Below, piece after piece: positions 18,667 to 28,306 of a stretch of 64,000 nt of DNA. The first letter of the stretch is position 1. The number at the start of each line of letters is the position of its first letter. The stretch lies in the NCBI GenBank assembly GCA_049517415.1, contig JBEKSC010000006.1:1-64000 (forward strand), written 5' to 3'. This DNA is from Candidatus Bathyarchaeia archaeon. Its GTDB lineage: Archaea; Thermoproteota; Bathyarchaeia; 40CM-2-53-6. The position numbers were made by a program, and so were the translations under genes. Below the pieces are notes generated by a model that searched no databases, was not told the DNA's origin, and worked only from the letters and a program-made list of their open reading frames with translations.

Positions 18667-19821
18667 TCAAAGCTTTTCGAGAAACGTATCGATTTCGTGG
18701 TCGGTGTTGTAGAAGTGTGGTGAAACCCTTAACGTGTTCGCTCTTGGCGCGACAACTATGTGCTCTTGTAGAAGCTTCCTCGAAAGCTGTGTCGCATCTT
18801 CGACTTCGAATGTAACGATTCCACTCCTGCGGCCTGCTTCCAGCGGGGAAGTGATCTTCTTTTTCTTCTTTTCCAACCCTTCAACGAGTCGGTTGTTCAG
18901 GTGTTCTACGAGAGGTTCGCGTTCTTGTGGGGTATACTTGAGGGTGAATTCCAACGCGGCCTTCGCGCCCATGACAGCTATGACTGCCCATGTTCCCAAC
19001 TCGAATCGGGTGGCATCCTCCGCTGGGGTGACGCTACTAATATCGAAGGGGCGTTCGAAAATTCCTTGTTTGGAACGAACTCTGGCCACGACGGAGTCGG
19101 AGATTCCGTGCCATCCAACTACGCCTCGGTCGAGCTGCTTCAAGGTCTGGCGGCTTACGTAGAGAAACGCTGTTCCATGTGGGCCCATCAGCCACTTGTA
19201 TGTCCCACAGGTAAGAATATCGACGTCCATTTTGCGGACATCTACTGGTATGACTCCAGCGGAGTGAAACACGTCGACTAACATTAGGGCGCCGTGGGAA
19301 TGCGCGATCTGAGTGATAGCCCGTATATCTTCTCTGCAGCCGTTTATCCAAGAGACATGATCAAGTGAGACTGCGACCGTTTTGTCATCGATCGCTTTCT
19401 CAAAGTCTGAGGTGGGGACTTGACCGTTCTTCGCCTTTAGGACTCTTACTTCAGAAAGCAAGCCCTTCTGCTTCAAGGCGTGCCAAAGGTACACGTTGGT
19501 GGGGAAATTCAATTCGCTCACAACAATGTTCTGCCCAGGCTTCAGGGGAAGGGCGTCAGCGATCGCTGCTAGGCCTGATGAAACGTTCGGAATGCAGGCG
19601 ACCTCATCCAAAGTGGCATTGATGAGGCGGCCGAAGAGTTCGCGTGTTTTCACGATTTCTAGCAGCCAAGCTTCCCATTTTTCCCCATAATCTCTCCACT
19701 CGTCCAGAAACGACCGCATCGCAGCGTGTACGCTCATGGGTGGGGGGCCTGCTCCCGCATTATCAAGGTACACGTTGCCGGCTAGCAATGGAATCTGTTG
19801 CCTAACCTCTTCCACATTCAA
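18667..19821 (-). CDS. Class V PLP-dependent aminotransferase-fold enzyme
   Basis: YLDNAG, GTYKWLMGPHG, RVSPHFYN. Confidence 0.9.
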   Translation of the reverse strand: MNVEEVRQQIPLLAGNVYLDNAGAGPPPMSVHAAMRSFLDEWRDYGEKWEAWLLEIVKTRELFGRLINATLDEVACIPNVSSGLAAIADALPLKPGQNIVVSELNFPTNVYLWHALKQKGLLSEVRVLKAKNGQVPTSDFEKAIDDKTVAVSLDHVSWINGCREDIRAITQIAHSHGALMLVDVFHSAGVIPVDVRKMDVDILTCGTYKWLMGPHGTAFLYVSRQTLKQLDRGVVGWHGISDSVVARVRSKQGIFERPFDISSVTPAEDATRFELGTWAVIAVMGAKAALEFTLKYTPQEREPLVEHLNNRLVEGLEKKKKKITSPLEAGRRSGIVTFEVEDATQLSRKLLQEHIVVAPRANTLRVSPHFYNTDHEIDTFLEKL

Positions 19822-19912
19822 GCCTAGGCCATCCCGCGTTTCAAGCGGAAGTGGGGCCGGGTATTAGAGCTTACAGTAGGAAAGAGGCTGATGTGTTCAG
19901 CTTCAGTTCGAG

Positions 19913-21103
19913 TTATTCTGTTTTCTTTGTTTCTTCTTCTGTCTTCTTCTTCGTGTGGTCCGGATGGGAAGTGTGGGTAGTGGTAGAGGTAGTGCTAGTG
20001 TGCATCTCTGAAGCAGGTTCTAGTTGCGTCGCCTTGGGATTCGGAGGATTGTTGGCGCGGCCTCGGCCGACAACAGCGAAGGCGATGATTGCTGCAGCCA
20101 CGAGTATTGCGAGTATTCCAGCGGCAATTGTTAGGTAGAGGACCGTGGAGTCTGCGCGCCACGAAGCTACAGCCGTCATAGGCCGATTCACTTGTACGCT
20201 GGTCGTTTGGCTGTTGGATTGAACGTCACCCTGCCAACCGTTGAAGATTATGCTAACGCCATAGGACGTGCTGATAGGTGTTGAAACGGAGATTTGGGCT
20301 GTGCTACCTGCGTTGTACCAACCTTGCCCGGAGGGAACACCTTGGTCGCTCAACACGTTAAGGTAGTACTGCTGCGCGTATTCTGAAGTCACAGTGTGGG
20401 GCGCATTCATAGTGACTGATAACGAAGAACCGGATTGGTTGCTTTGTCCATCAACGTTCCATCCCTGGAATACGATTCTGCTTGAACTGTCTCCGACGGG
20501 CGGGCTTGCACTATTTACCGTCGCGGTGTCGCCTGCGTTGTACCACCCTCCACCTTGAGGTGCTGGTGCGCCTTGGGGTTGAGTTTGCACGCTGAGAAGG
20601 TACTGCAACTGGTAGACGGCAGTGACCTTCATCGCTGAATTCACAGTCACTGTCCCGCTATTTCCGACACCGGAGTAATCACCGCTCCAATGGGAGAAAA
20701 CATACCGCGTGTTCGCGGAGGACTGAATGGTGGTCTGAGTAACTGAGAACGACGCTGAACTCCCCTGGTTGAATGTTCCGCCACCAGTCACCGTTGCAAG
20801 ATTGGCTGGATCAGTTGCGACGGTCAAAGTATACTGGTACTGGTACGGGCTGCTATAGTAGCCATAGTAGTTGCATGAGTAGCCATAGTTGTAGTACCCA
20901 TAGTAACAATCATACGGGTAGTAGTAGCTGTAATAGTACGGGTAGTAGTAGCTGTAATACCACGAGTAGCCGGAATAGTTGTACGAATGATGATGATGCG
21001 GAGTATAAGCCGCTACTTGAGCTGTCTGCCCTGACAATACAACAACAAAAGCGGCCATCACGAGAACTGCAACTGCGAATTTAGGTAAGTAACTCGTTCG
21101 CAT
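19913..21103 (-). CDS. Cell-surface protein: signal peptide, Tyr-rich tract, three beta-rich (InlB B-repeat-like) repeats, C-terminal TM
   Basis: Repeats GGGWYNAG...VFxGW...TAxY/W; hydrophobic anchor near the C-terminus. Confidence 0.8.
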   Translation of the reverse strand: MRTSYLPKFAVAVLVMAAFVVVLSGQTAQVAAYTPHHHHSYNYSGYSWYYSYYYPYYYSYYYPYDCYYGYYNYGYSCNYYGYYSSPYQYQYTLTVATDPANLATVTGGGTFNQGSSASFSVTQTTIQSSANTRYVFSHWSGDYSGVGNSGTVTVNSAMKVTAVYQLQYLLSVQTQPQGAPAPQGGGWYNAGDTATVNSASPPVGDSSSRIVFQGWNVDGQSNQSGSSLSVTMNAPHTVTSEYAQQYYLNVLSDQGVPSGQGWYNAGSTAQISVSTPISTSYGVSIIFNGWQGDVQSNSQTTSVQVNRPMTAVASWRADSTVLYLTIAAGILAILVAAAIIAFAVVGRGRANNPPNPKATQLEPASEMHTSTTSTTTHTSHPDHTKKKTEEETKKTE

Positions 21104-21328
21104 TCTAATCCCGTAGAGTTGCGCTGTCCCTACTTATTTAGTTATTTGCTGATATGAAGCCTAACTACGCGCTGTAGTACGCGTAGCGAAAAACAGCGGA
21201 AATCCCTTGCCTCAGAGGATCGCTACACCCCCTAGGGGGGCCTCCGCGCGTGCGCGCCGAAGCGGTGACTGTTGGTATTTCAACTCCTTTTAAGTATGGG
21301 TGGGGGCCTCCTTGTTTTGGTGTTTTGC

Positions 21329-21559
21329 TTGGTTGTCAAGGCATATGTGTTGGTTCAAGCCCAGTTAGGTCGGGCTCGGTATGTAGCCAAAGCAGTCGCT
21401 AAGGTTCGGGGTGTGAGGATGGTTCATGCGGTAACCGGCATATACGACGTTATCGCATACCTCGAAATGCGTGACATGAATACTCTCTCCGAATTAGTGA
21501 TGAAGAAGATTCAATCAGTGAAGGGCGTTGAGCGTACTCACACGGCCATTGTCGTGTGA
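21329..21559 (+). CDS. Stand-alone Lrp/AsnC ligand-binding (RAM) domain
   Basis: KAYVLV...VTGIYDVIA...IQSVKGVERTHTAIV. Confidence 0.88.
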   Translation: MVVKAYVLVQAQLGRARYVAKAVAKVRGVRMVHAVTGIYDVIAYLEMRDMNTLSELVMKKIQSVKGVERTHTAIVV

Positions 21560-21560
21560 G

Positions 21561-22373
21561 TTAATCACCACTTTCCTCAAATTCCTCGTATACTCCGTTA
21601 CTGTTCCAGTTGGGCAAGGAATACTTCCGAGTGTATAAGCTCGTAAACAATCTCTCTTCATCAGCTCGGAGCCCATCTGCTTCTAGTTTTGCGTTTAGGA
21701 TTTCTTGAGCAGATTCCTTGAGTTTTGACTGAACCTCTTCTACGCTTACCTTCCTTCCTAGAGTTGCCTCCAGAGTGGTTACCGGAAGCCATCGGCTGCG
21801 CACGTAATGAGTTGCCTGCTTCTGCCTGCTCGGAGCAAGAACCGATTCCAGAATGTCAACATTGGTGGAAACCAAAAGTGAGCCATGCCAAAGTGCAAAA
21901 ACTTTTCCGGAAGCGGCGGCTCCTCCCGAGATTTTTCTCTCTCCGAGCATAATTGAGTTGGGTGCAAGAAAACTGCCTTTCAACCCGAAACTGCGTAGAG
22001 TATCGAGGACAATGGCGGATGCAGTCTCATTCAGCCTTAGCTTTGTGCATCTCTCTCCTTGTTGAATAACGATTGTGAAATTGAGGTTTCCTTCATCTTG
22101 GTACACGGCGCCCCCGCCTGTAAATCGGCGAGCGATTTGGATGCCGCTCTGCTGGCAGAGGGAAGTGTCAACTTCTGTTGATGCCATTTGAAAGCGGCCG
22201 AGAATGACGCTTTGTGGGTTAACCCATAGTCGTATCGTTGGTCTAAAGGTGGGAGAAAGCGCGCTGCGAGCCAATGCTTCCTCAATGGCTAAGTTCTGGA
22301 ACACGGAGCCGTAGCTCTGTTCCAGCAGCCTCCAATGATCTGAGGCCGTTGGTCCACCTACCAGGGACGGCAT
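21561..22373 (-). CDS. Lipoate-protein ligase A family; start uncertain
   Basis: NLAIEEAL, RRFTGGGAVYQD, KISG, HGSLL. Confidence 0.88.
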   Translation of the reverse strand: MPSLVGGPTASDHWRLLEQSYGSVFQNLAIEEALARSALSPTFRPTIRLWVNPQSVILGRFQMASTEVDTSLCQQSGIQIARRFTGGGAVYQDEGNLNFTIVIQQGERCTKLRLNETASAIVLDTLRSFGLKGSFLAPNSIMLGERKISGGAAASGKVFALWHGSLLVSTNVDILESVLAPSRQKQATHYVRSRWLPVTTLEATLGRKVSVEEVQSKLKESAQEILNAKLEADGLRADEERLFTSLYTRKYSLPNWNSNGVYEEFEESGD

Positions 22374-23125
22374 CGCGTTATGATCCTTCTTGGAATGAAC
22401 GGTTCCAGCCTTCGGTTCCTTAGGATTTTTCCTAGCTTCGGAATCAGCCCTACTGCGTCGGTACCGAGCTTGCATGCAAGGGACTGCAAGGTCAATGTCT
22501 CAGATTCTATAGATACCGTGTCCCTTTCAATCCTCGACTTTTTCACGGCATTTTCGGCTTCGTGGCGAAAACAGTCGGTAATTTGAATGCGGTCTAAGCC
22601 GGTTGCAAGCAACGATGAAAATCGTTCGATCTGGGAGTCTGCAAGCCAACCCTCAACTACTTGTATGTCCGGCTCTAGTCTCGTGAGTCGAACCGTTGTC
22701 CGGGTGCCGGGGACGAGGCAGTATGCGTTTATGATTTCGTTATTTCGTAGGGGTTTTCCATCTCCGAGTTGCGCGCGTAGGGTGGCGAGCCCTATTTTGA
22801 CGTTCATGGGCCTTGGTGTTTCTACGCCGATATCGATCTCGAGGCAATCATCTGTCTCTCCGCTGACAATTCCTTGGTAAACTCCTTGCGCCTCCAGATT
22901 GGCGGCGTTTGTGTGGGCCTGGCCAAGGTCACGACATAATAGCTCCCTTAGAATATCTGAATCTTCACCTTCCAAGTCCAACCTCGCCCAACCATTCCGC
23001 GAGAATCCATCAAGTCTGATAGAAGCACCCAGTTCACCCTTCACAGCGCGAATAGCCTTGTCTAATTCCGCCTGGAAATCTTTCGCGGTGAATTGGCCTG
23101 GTCTTTGCAGGATTATGAGTTTCAT
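22358..23125 (-). CDS. DUF2110-like conserved archaeal protein
   Basis: Follows TFE; C-terminal CKLGTDAVGLIPKLG. Confidence 0.7.
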   Translation of the reverse strand: MKLIILQRPGQFTAKDFQAELDKAIRAVKGELGASIRLDGFSRNGWARLDLEGEDSDILRELLCRDLGQAHTNAANLEAQGVYQGIVSGETDDCLEIDIGVETPRPMNVKIGLATLRAQLGDGKPLRNNEIINAYCLVPGTRTTVRLTRLEPDIQVVEGWLADSQIERFSSLLATGLDRIQITDCFRHEAENAVKKSRIERDTVSIESETLTLQSLACKLGTDAVGLIPKLGKILRNRRLEPFIPRRIITRCRPW

Positions 23126-23140
23126 TGGGCACAGCGTTTC

Positions 23141-23680
23141 TTATCTGCTGAGTTCGGCCTCCAGCCTTTCAATCTTGGATTCTAAGACGGAAACCATATC
23201 CGCATTCTCAGAGCTTTCCAACTGGTTCCCGCATTTTGTGCACTTGAAAGAAGTCTCCATCGCATCTTCAAAGGTGACGCGGACGTCGCTGTCGGTCTTA
23301 CATATGAAGAAGGTGTGAGCTCGTTCGAAGCTAAGCCTTTGCTTCAACTTGTCCAACGCTCGTTTCTTCCGGCTTCGGATAAACGCATCTAACTGGTCGG
23401 GCTGAAGCCTCCAGTAGAAAATGAACCAACCAGTCTTCTCATCTCTCACGCGTGTGCATGAAACCAAGCCGTGGTCGTAAAGCTTGTAGAGAATCTTTCT
23501 AACCGTGTTCAGCCTTACTTCTTTGTTGAAACGGGTCTTACAGTCGTTTGTAATTATTTCATCAGTTCCTTCACCGACTGCCTTTAGGCTGTTGACAACG
23601 GTGACGGCTTCCTCGCCTCCGAAGAGGTTTGCGACCTTAATGAGTTCCTCATCCAAGACTGACAATGCCATGACCGCCAA
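23141..23680 (-). CDS. tfe: Transcription factor E alpha
   Basis: LNTVRKILYKLY, RDEKTGWFIFYW, FKCTKCG. Confidence 0.92.
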   Translation of the reverse strand: MAVMALSVLDEELIKVANLFGGEEAVTVVNSLKAVGEGTDEIITNDCKTRFNKEVRLNTVRKILYKLYDHGLVSCTRVRDEKTGWFIFYWRLQPDQLDAFIRSRKKRALDKLKQRLSFERAHTFFICKTDSDVRVTFEDAMETSFKCTKCGNQLESSENADMVSVLESKIERLEAELSR

Positions 23681-23794
23681 GTGAATGTTTATGTTTCTAG
23701 CGTTTCACTTCGCATTAACTCTTTGTCGCGGTGTTTGACGCGTGGGCAACTTTTATACGAACCTGCCTCGTCTAGCCTTCGCGGGCCGTCTAGA

Positions 23795-23983
23795 ATGAAG
23801 GAAACGGTTGCCACATTGGGCTTCGTTCTGTTCTTCGTAGGCTCAATGATGGATATCGCTGGCTCAACCTCAGTAACACAAGGTGGAACCCCCGCACCGC
23901 TCTACTTTAGGGTAGGTATAATCGAACTATTCGGGTCTCTTATTTTTCTGGTCGGAATCTACCTCATCATAAAGACTCGGTAA
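23795..23983 (+). CDS. Small 2-TM hypothetical protein
   Basis: ATG start, two hydrophobic helices, ends 11 nt before trm56. Confidence 0.55.
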   Translation: MKETVATLGFVLFFVGSMMDIAGSTSVTQGGTPAPLYFRVGIIELFGSLIFLVGIYLIIKTR

Positions 23984-23994
23984 GCCGGGTTGAA

Positions 23995-24549
23995 ATGCCC
24001 ACAAAGAAGTCTCGACGGAAATCCCGCGTGATGGTCCTCCGACTTGGACATAGAATTCCAAGAGACGCCCGGGTTACTACCCACGTGTGTTTGACCGCCC
24101 GCGCCCTAGGCGCAGATGGCATCTACATCTCCGATGTTCATGATAGGGAGCTCGTTGAAGGAGTCAACAGAGTCGTCGATGGTTTCGGAGGGCGCTTCAT
24201 CATCGATGATGGGAAGCCATGGAGGTCAACCGTTAATGAGTGGAAGCGCGCGGGCGGGAGGGTTGTCCATTTAACCGCTTACGGTATGCCGCTACCTAAA
24301 GTCGTATCGAAGATTAGGCGTTCTAATGCGGACAAATTGGTCATAGTCGGGGCAGAAAAGGTGCCTGGCGAAATTTACGGTTTAGCAGACTGGAACGTCG
24401 CCGTGACAAATCAACCGATTAGCGAAGTCAGTGCATTGGGCATCTTCTTAGACTGGCTGTTTGGGCACCGCCGGCTTGAGGACCGGTACGCAAGCGCACG
24501 AATTCAGATAATTCCCACTGCGCATGGAAAAACTGTCATCGGGAATTAA
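23995..24549 (+). CDS. trm56: tRNA (cytidine-56-2'-O)-methyltransferase
   Basis: LRLGHRIPRDARVTTHVCLTARALGA, GAEKVP, VTNQP. Confidence 0.93.
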   Translation: MPTKKSRRKSRVMVLRLGHRIPRDARVTTHVCLTARALGADGIYISDVHDRELVEGVNRVVDGFGGRFIIDDGKPWRSTVNEWKRAGGRVVHLTAYGMPLPKVVSKIRRSNADKLVIVGAEKVPGEIYGLADWNVAVTNQPISEVSALGIFLDWLFGHRRLEDRYASARIQIIPTAHGKTVIGN

Positions 24550-25058
24550 TTGGTATCCGTAGGCTTCTGTTTTTCCTTTACCCGAATTATGTCGCCTAGG
24601 GTGAACTCCGCAGGGGCAGCCATCTTGAGAGCAGGCGTCGCCTTGCGTGGAACCAACAGCTTGATCCTAAGCTCATGCTCCAACTCTCTACACAACCGTG
24701 AGTCAGGAGCGATCTTGCCGGTCTCGATCTTCTGTATTACAGACAGTCTTTCCTTAACTCTCCCGGCAAGTTCCGCTTGGGACAATCCCATCTTCATGCG
24801 ACGGCTCCTAACCAAGTCTGAGTAGTTGTCTGCAACCTCCGACTCCTCCATTCCTCTTGGCAATTCTGGGGCTCTCCGATGAATTGCACGGGGCATTCGA
24901 AGCGTGCTGCGCGCCAATGGCCGCGTGGGAACCGGTCGTTCTTCTTGGTATGGTATGCCTAGGTGCTGGCAACTTGAGCAAACAAGCATCTTTGCTCCTT
25001 CAACACGCACCGTGAAAGCAGGACCAACGATCACATTTCCGCAGATATCGCAGTTCAA
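24546..25058 (-). CDS. mbf1: Archaeal multiprotein bridging factor 1
   Basis: N-terminal CDICG/CSSC Zn ribbon, HTH, TLGDII. Confidence 0.9.
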   Translation of the reverse strand: MNCDICGNVIVGPAFTVRVEGAKMLVCSSCQHLGIPYQEERPVPTRPLARSTLRMPRAIHRRAPELPRGMEESEVADNYSDLVRSRRMKMGLSQAELAGRVKERLSVIQKIETGKIAPDSRLCRELEHELRIKLLVPRKATPALKMAAPAEFTLGDIIRVKEKQKPTDTN

Positions 25059-25133
25059 GAGACAGCTACCACCGTCGCTTGCGCGAACTAGAAATTTAAA
25101 TTGGCTTATTTGTATAACGTCGAAGCAGAGAAC

Positions 25134-25652
25134 ATGTATCCTCCCTCCCTAGCTGAACTTCGAAAATTGATTGGTATAGCGAACTACCAATTTGGAGAGG
25201 GAGTAGGTCACGCTCTGTTCAATAATCAGGTTCGGATCGAACGCTCAAGGCGGACTGGAAGGGTTCGGCACATCTATCGAGATGGACATTTGATTGCAAC
25301 CCTGCGCCCTACGGACGGCTACCTCGCCTTAACCCCCAATGGCGCACGTATACTATTATCAAAAATCAAGACCCTAAGGAACCTAGTCGTAGTCCAAACG
25401 GACGTCTCCGACGTCGTTAGAAGTGGCGGGGACGTTTTCGCAAAACATGTTGAACGTGGTGATTCGAGCATTAGACCCGCGGAAGAGGTTATCGTTATTG
25501 ACGAACAAAAAGCGTTGGTCGGCGTCGGAATTGCTGTTCTGAATGGGCATGAGATGATGCACTTTAGGAGGGGGGTTGCTGTGAAGCTGCGGAGAGGAGT
25601 TGATGAGTCTTCTGAGAGCCAGGCGACTAATGGCTCAGGGGTCCTCGACTAG
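25134..25652 (+). CDS. PUA-domain protein (archaeosine TGT C-terminal-like)
   Basis: IANYQFG, SRRTGRVR, DVFAKHV, GVAVKLR. Confidence 0.8.
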   Translation: MYPPSLAELRKLIGIANYQFGEGVGHALFNNQVRIERSRRTGRVRHIYRDGHLIATLRPTDGYLALTPNGARILLSKIKTLRNLVVVQTDVSDVVRSGGDVFAKHVERGDSSIRPAEEVIVIDEQKALVGVGIAVLNGHEMMHFRRGVAVKLRRGVDESSESQATNGSGVLD

Positions 25653-25848
25653 CTTCGCTTAGGGGTCTTGTGCCTGACAATAAGGGAAACTGCAATCGAG
25701 AAGGTTAGTGCGAATACAAATCACGTAACGTTCGCAGCAGTGTAAGCTCCATGCGTTGAGTTTGCTAGAGGCCGTTGAGTCTTCAAACTCGAGTAATTCG
25801 CGAAACTCTTATTGTGTTGCGCTAATCAAGCTTTAGCGATGAGAGGAA

Positions 25849-26238
25849 TTGGCGTATAAAGCATTGAAAGCAGCCCGCGGTGCGCCGAGCGGCCGTGATG
25901 CGATGCGCATGATGCAGAAAATGGGAATGAAAGTTGATGAGGTTCCGGCAGTTTCTGCAGTCATCATAAAGACAGCTGGGAGGGAAATCGTAATCGAGGA
26001 ACCCAACGTAACTTTAGTCACAGTCCAGGGACAGGCGATGTATCAGATAGCAGGCGGCCGAGTGTCAGAATCCTCGATTGAAACGCCCATTCAAACGGCT
26101 CCGTTGGAATCGGACGTTCAGCTAGTGGCACAGCAGACAGGGAGGTCGTTAGAGGAAGCCAGGAAGGCTTTAGCAGAAGCTGGCGGAGACCTGGCGAAGG
26201 CAATCTTGACTCTTAAGGGTCAGACATCTACGGGCTAA
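25849..26238 (+). CDS. nac: Nascent polypeptide-associated complex protein
   Basis: RMMQKMGM, DVQLVAQQTG, GDLAKAIL. Confidence 0.9.
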   Translation: MAYKALKAARGAPSGRDAMRMMQKMGMKVDEVPAVSAVIIKTAGREIVIEEPNVTLVTVQGQAMYQIAGGRVSESSIETPIQTAPLESDVQLVAQQTGRSLEEARKALAEAGGDLAKAILTLKGQTSTG

Positions 26239-26906
26239 GGCGCAAGTATTGGCGCTTCGATGACTTCAACTTTAGCCATTCTACTTTTAATTCGTTTCAA
26301 TCTGAAGAAGTCTTCGCGTTCCGCTTCTTCAAGGTGCATTTCAATATACCGTATTGTGCCCACCATTCGTGGGATTACAACGTATTCCAATGAATTTACG
26401 CGTCTCTTAGTCGCAGCTATCGCTTCGGCCAGCTTTTTGACCGCGGCTTCGGCACTGGATAGTTCCGCTATTGCTTTGATAGCCTCAGCCATTCTCAGCG
26501 TTGCTTGATCAAGTTCTATGGATGTGTCATAGGCATTGTACGGGAATCCATTTAGGGGCTTTACATTCACTTGGATATATGGGATTGTGACGCCAATCAC
26601 ATTTCTTGTCTTCGTCTCTATTGAAAATCTATCATCAACACCAATTGAAGACTGCTGAAGTCTGGTGTAACCCATTGCCATTTGAGCTGCAACGAAATCG
26701 TCGTAGGCCTCGGCCAACAAGTTCTGTGCTTTGCTTCGGAGGGCAGTAATGTCGCGGACGAACTGAAAGAATTCAATCATCAAGGCGTCGAGCTTCTCTC
26801 TAAGAAGGTCGCGTCCCCTTTCTGCAATCTTCCTTCTCTTCCGTAGCGTGAGAAGTTCCATTCGGGTTGGGTGGACGCCGGCAATCAGTTCGGGGATCAC
26901 GTTCAC
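26235..26906 (-). CDS. atpD: A/V-type ATP synthase subunit D
   Basis: [25 protein letters not shown]. Confidence 0.95.
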   Translation of the reverse strand: MNVIPELIAGVHPTRMELLTLRKRRKIAERGRDLLREKLDALMIEFFQFVRDITALRSKAQNLLAEAYDDFVAAQMAMGYTRLQQSSIGVDDRFSIETKTRNVIGVTIPYIQVNVKPLNGFPYNAYDTSIELDQATLRMAEAIKAIAELSSAEAAVKKLAEAIAATKRRVNSLEYVVIPRMVGTIRYIEMHLEEAEREDFFRLKRIKSRMAKVEVIEAPILAP

Positions 26907-28297
26907 GCTCCGGTCCGGTATTTGGGATGATACTGTTTGATTGTTGCTGGGTCGACGCGTTTAAGCTCATTTTCAGGCAGCGCGGCTAGAAGGTTCCATC
27001 CTATCTCTAGCGTTTTCTCAATGTCGCGGTTCTCGTACTCCCCTTGCCCTATAAAGCGTCGCTCGAAGTCGTCAGCAAATTTCAGGTACATTTTATCCCT
27101 AGCTGAGAGTGCTTCTTCTCCGACTACGGCCACTAGGTCTCTGAAGGCTCTACCCTCGGCGTATGCGTAGTAGAGCTGGTCGGAAACTTCCCTGTGGTCC
27201 TGCCGTGTCCTTTCCTTCCCAATGCCTTCGCGCATAAGTCGGGAGAGGGATGGAGATACGTCGATTGGTGGGTAGATGCCTTTTCTGTGTAAACCTCTGT
27301 CCACGATCAATTGGCCTTCGGTGATATACCCAGTGAGGTTGGGGATGGGATGCGTGATGTCGTCGTGGGGCATTGTCAGAATGGGCATTTGGGTTATTGA
27401 TCCCTTTGCACCACGGATTCTTCCGGCGCGTTCGTATATCGTGGATAGGTCAGTGTATAAGTAGCCGGGGTAGCCTCTCCGTCCGGGGACTTCTTCACGG
27501 GCCGCCGAGATTTCCCGTAAGGCTTCAGCGTAATTCGTCATGTCCGTGATGATGACGAGTACGTGCATGTCCAGTTTGAAGGCGAAGTACTCTGCCGCGG
27601 TTAGGGCCATTCGCGGAGTGAGAATTCTCTCTATCGCTGGATCGTCAGCCAGGTTTACGAACATTGTAACATGTTCGAAAGCGCCTTGCTTTTCGAAGTC
27701 TTCTCTGAAAAATCTTGCTTCATCCGCAGTAATTCCGATCGCAGCGAATACGGTCGAGAACGGTTCGCCTGTCCCCCGGACCCTTGCTTGCCGCGCGACC
27801 TGAGCAGCCACGCGATTATGGGGGAGCCCCGCGCCAGAGAACAATGGGAGTTTCTGTCCCCTAACGAGGGTATTCATTCCATCTATAGCCGAAACACCGG
27901 TCTGAATGAACTCGCGGGGGTAAGTCCTTGCGTAAGGGTTAATGGGCGAACCGTGGACGTCCCAGTAATCCTCCGGAATGATCCGAGGGCCGCCATCTAT
28001 CGGGTTCCCGCTTCCATCAAGAATTCTGCCTAACAGATCGCTTGATACGGGAAGCTTAACGGTCTCGCCCAGGAATCGCACGCTTGTGGAAGAAACGTCA
28101 AGCCCAGATGTTCCTTCAAAGACTTGCACAACGGCTAAGTCACTGCGAACTTCGAGAACTTGACCGCGTCTTTCTTCGCCTGTGGGGGTCCGAATTCTGA
28201 CTAGTTCGCCGTAACCAACGCCTTTGACGTTTTGAACGAAGAGAAGTGGGCCTGAAATTACATTAACCGTTGAATATTCGCGAACGATAACGGACAT
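26903..28297 (-). CDS. atpB: A/V-type ATP synthase subunit B
   Basis: [29 protein letters not shown]. Confidence 0.97.
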   Translation of the reverse strand: MSVIVREYSTVNVISGPLLFVQNVKGVGYGELVRIRTPTGEERRGQVLEVRSDLAVVQVFEGTSGLDVSSTSVRFLGETVKLPVSSDLLGRILDGSGNPIDGGPRIIPEDYWDVHGSPINPYARTYPREFIQTGVSAIDGMNTLVRGQKLPLFSGAGLPHNRVAAQVARQARVRGTGEPFSTVFAAIGITADEARFFREDFEKQGAFEHVTMFVNLADDPAIERILTPRMALTAAEYFAFKLDMHVLVIITDMTNYAEALREISAAREEVPGRRGYPGYLYTDLSTIYERAGRIRGAKGSITQMPILTMPHDDITHPIPNLTGYITEGQLIVDRGLHRKGIYPPIDVSPSLSRLMREGIGKERTRQDHREVSDQLYYAYAEGRAFRDLVAVVGEEALSARDKMYLKFADDFERRFIGQGEYENRDIEKTLEIGWNLLAALPENELKRVDPATIKQYHPKYRTGA

Positions 28298-28306
28298 TCT
28301 CTCAAC

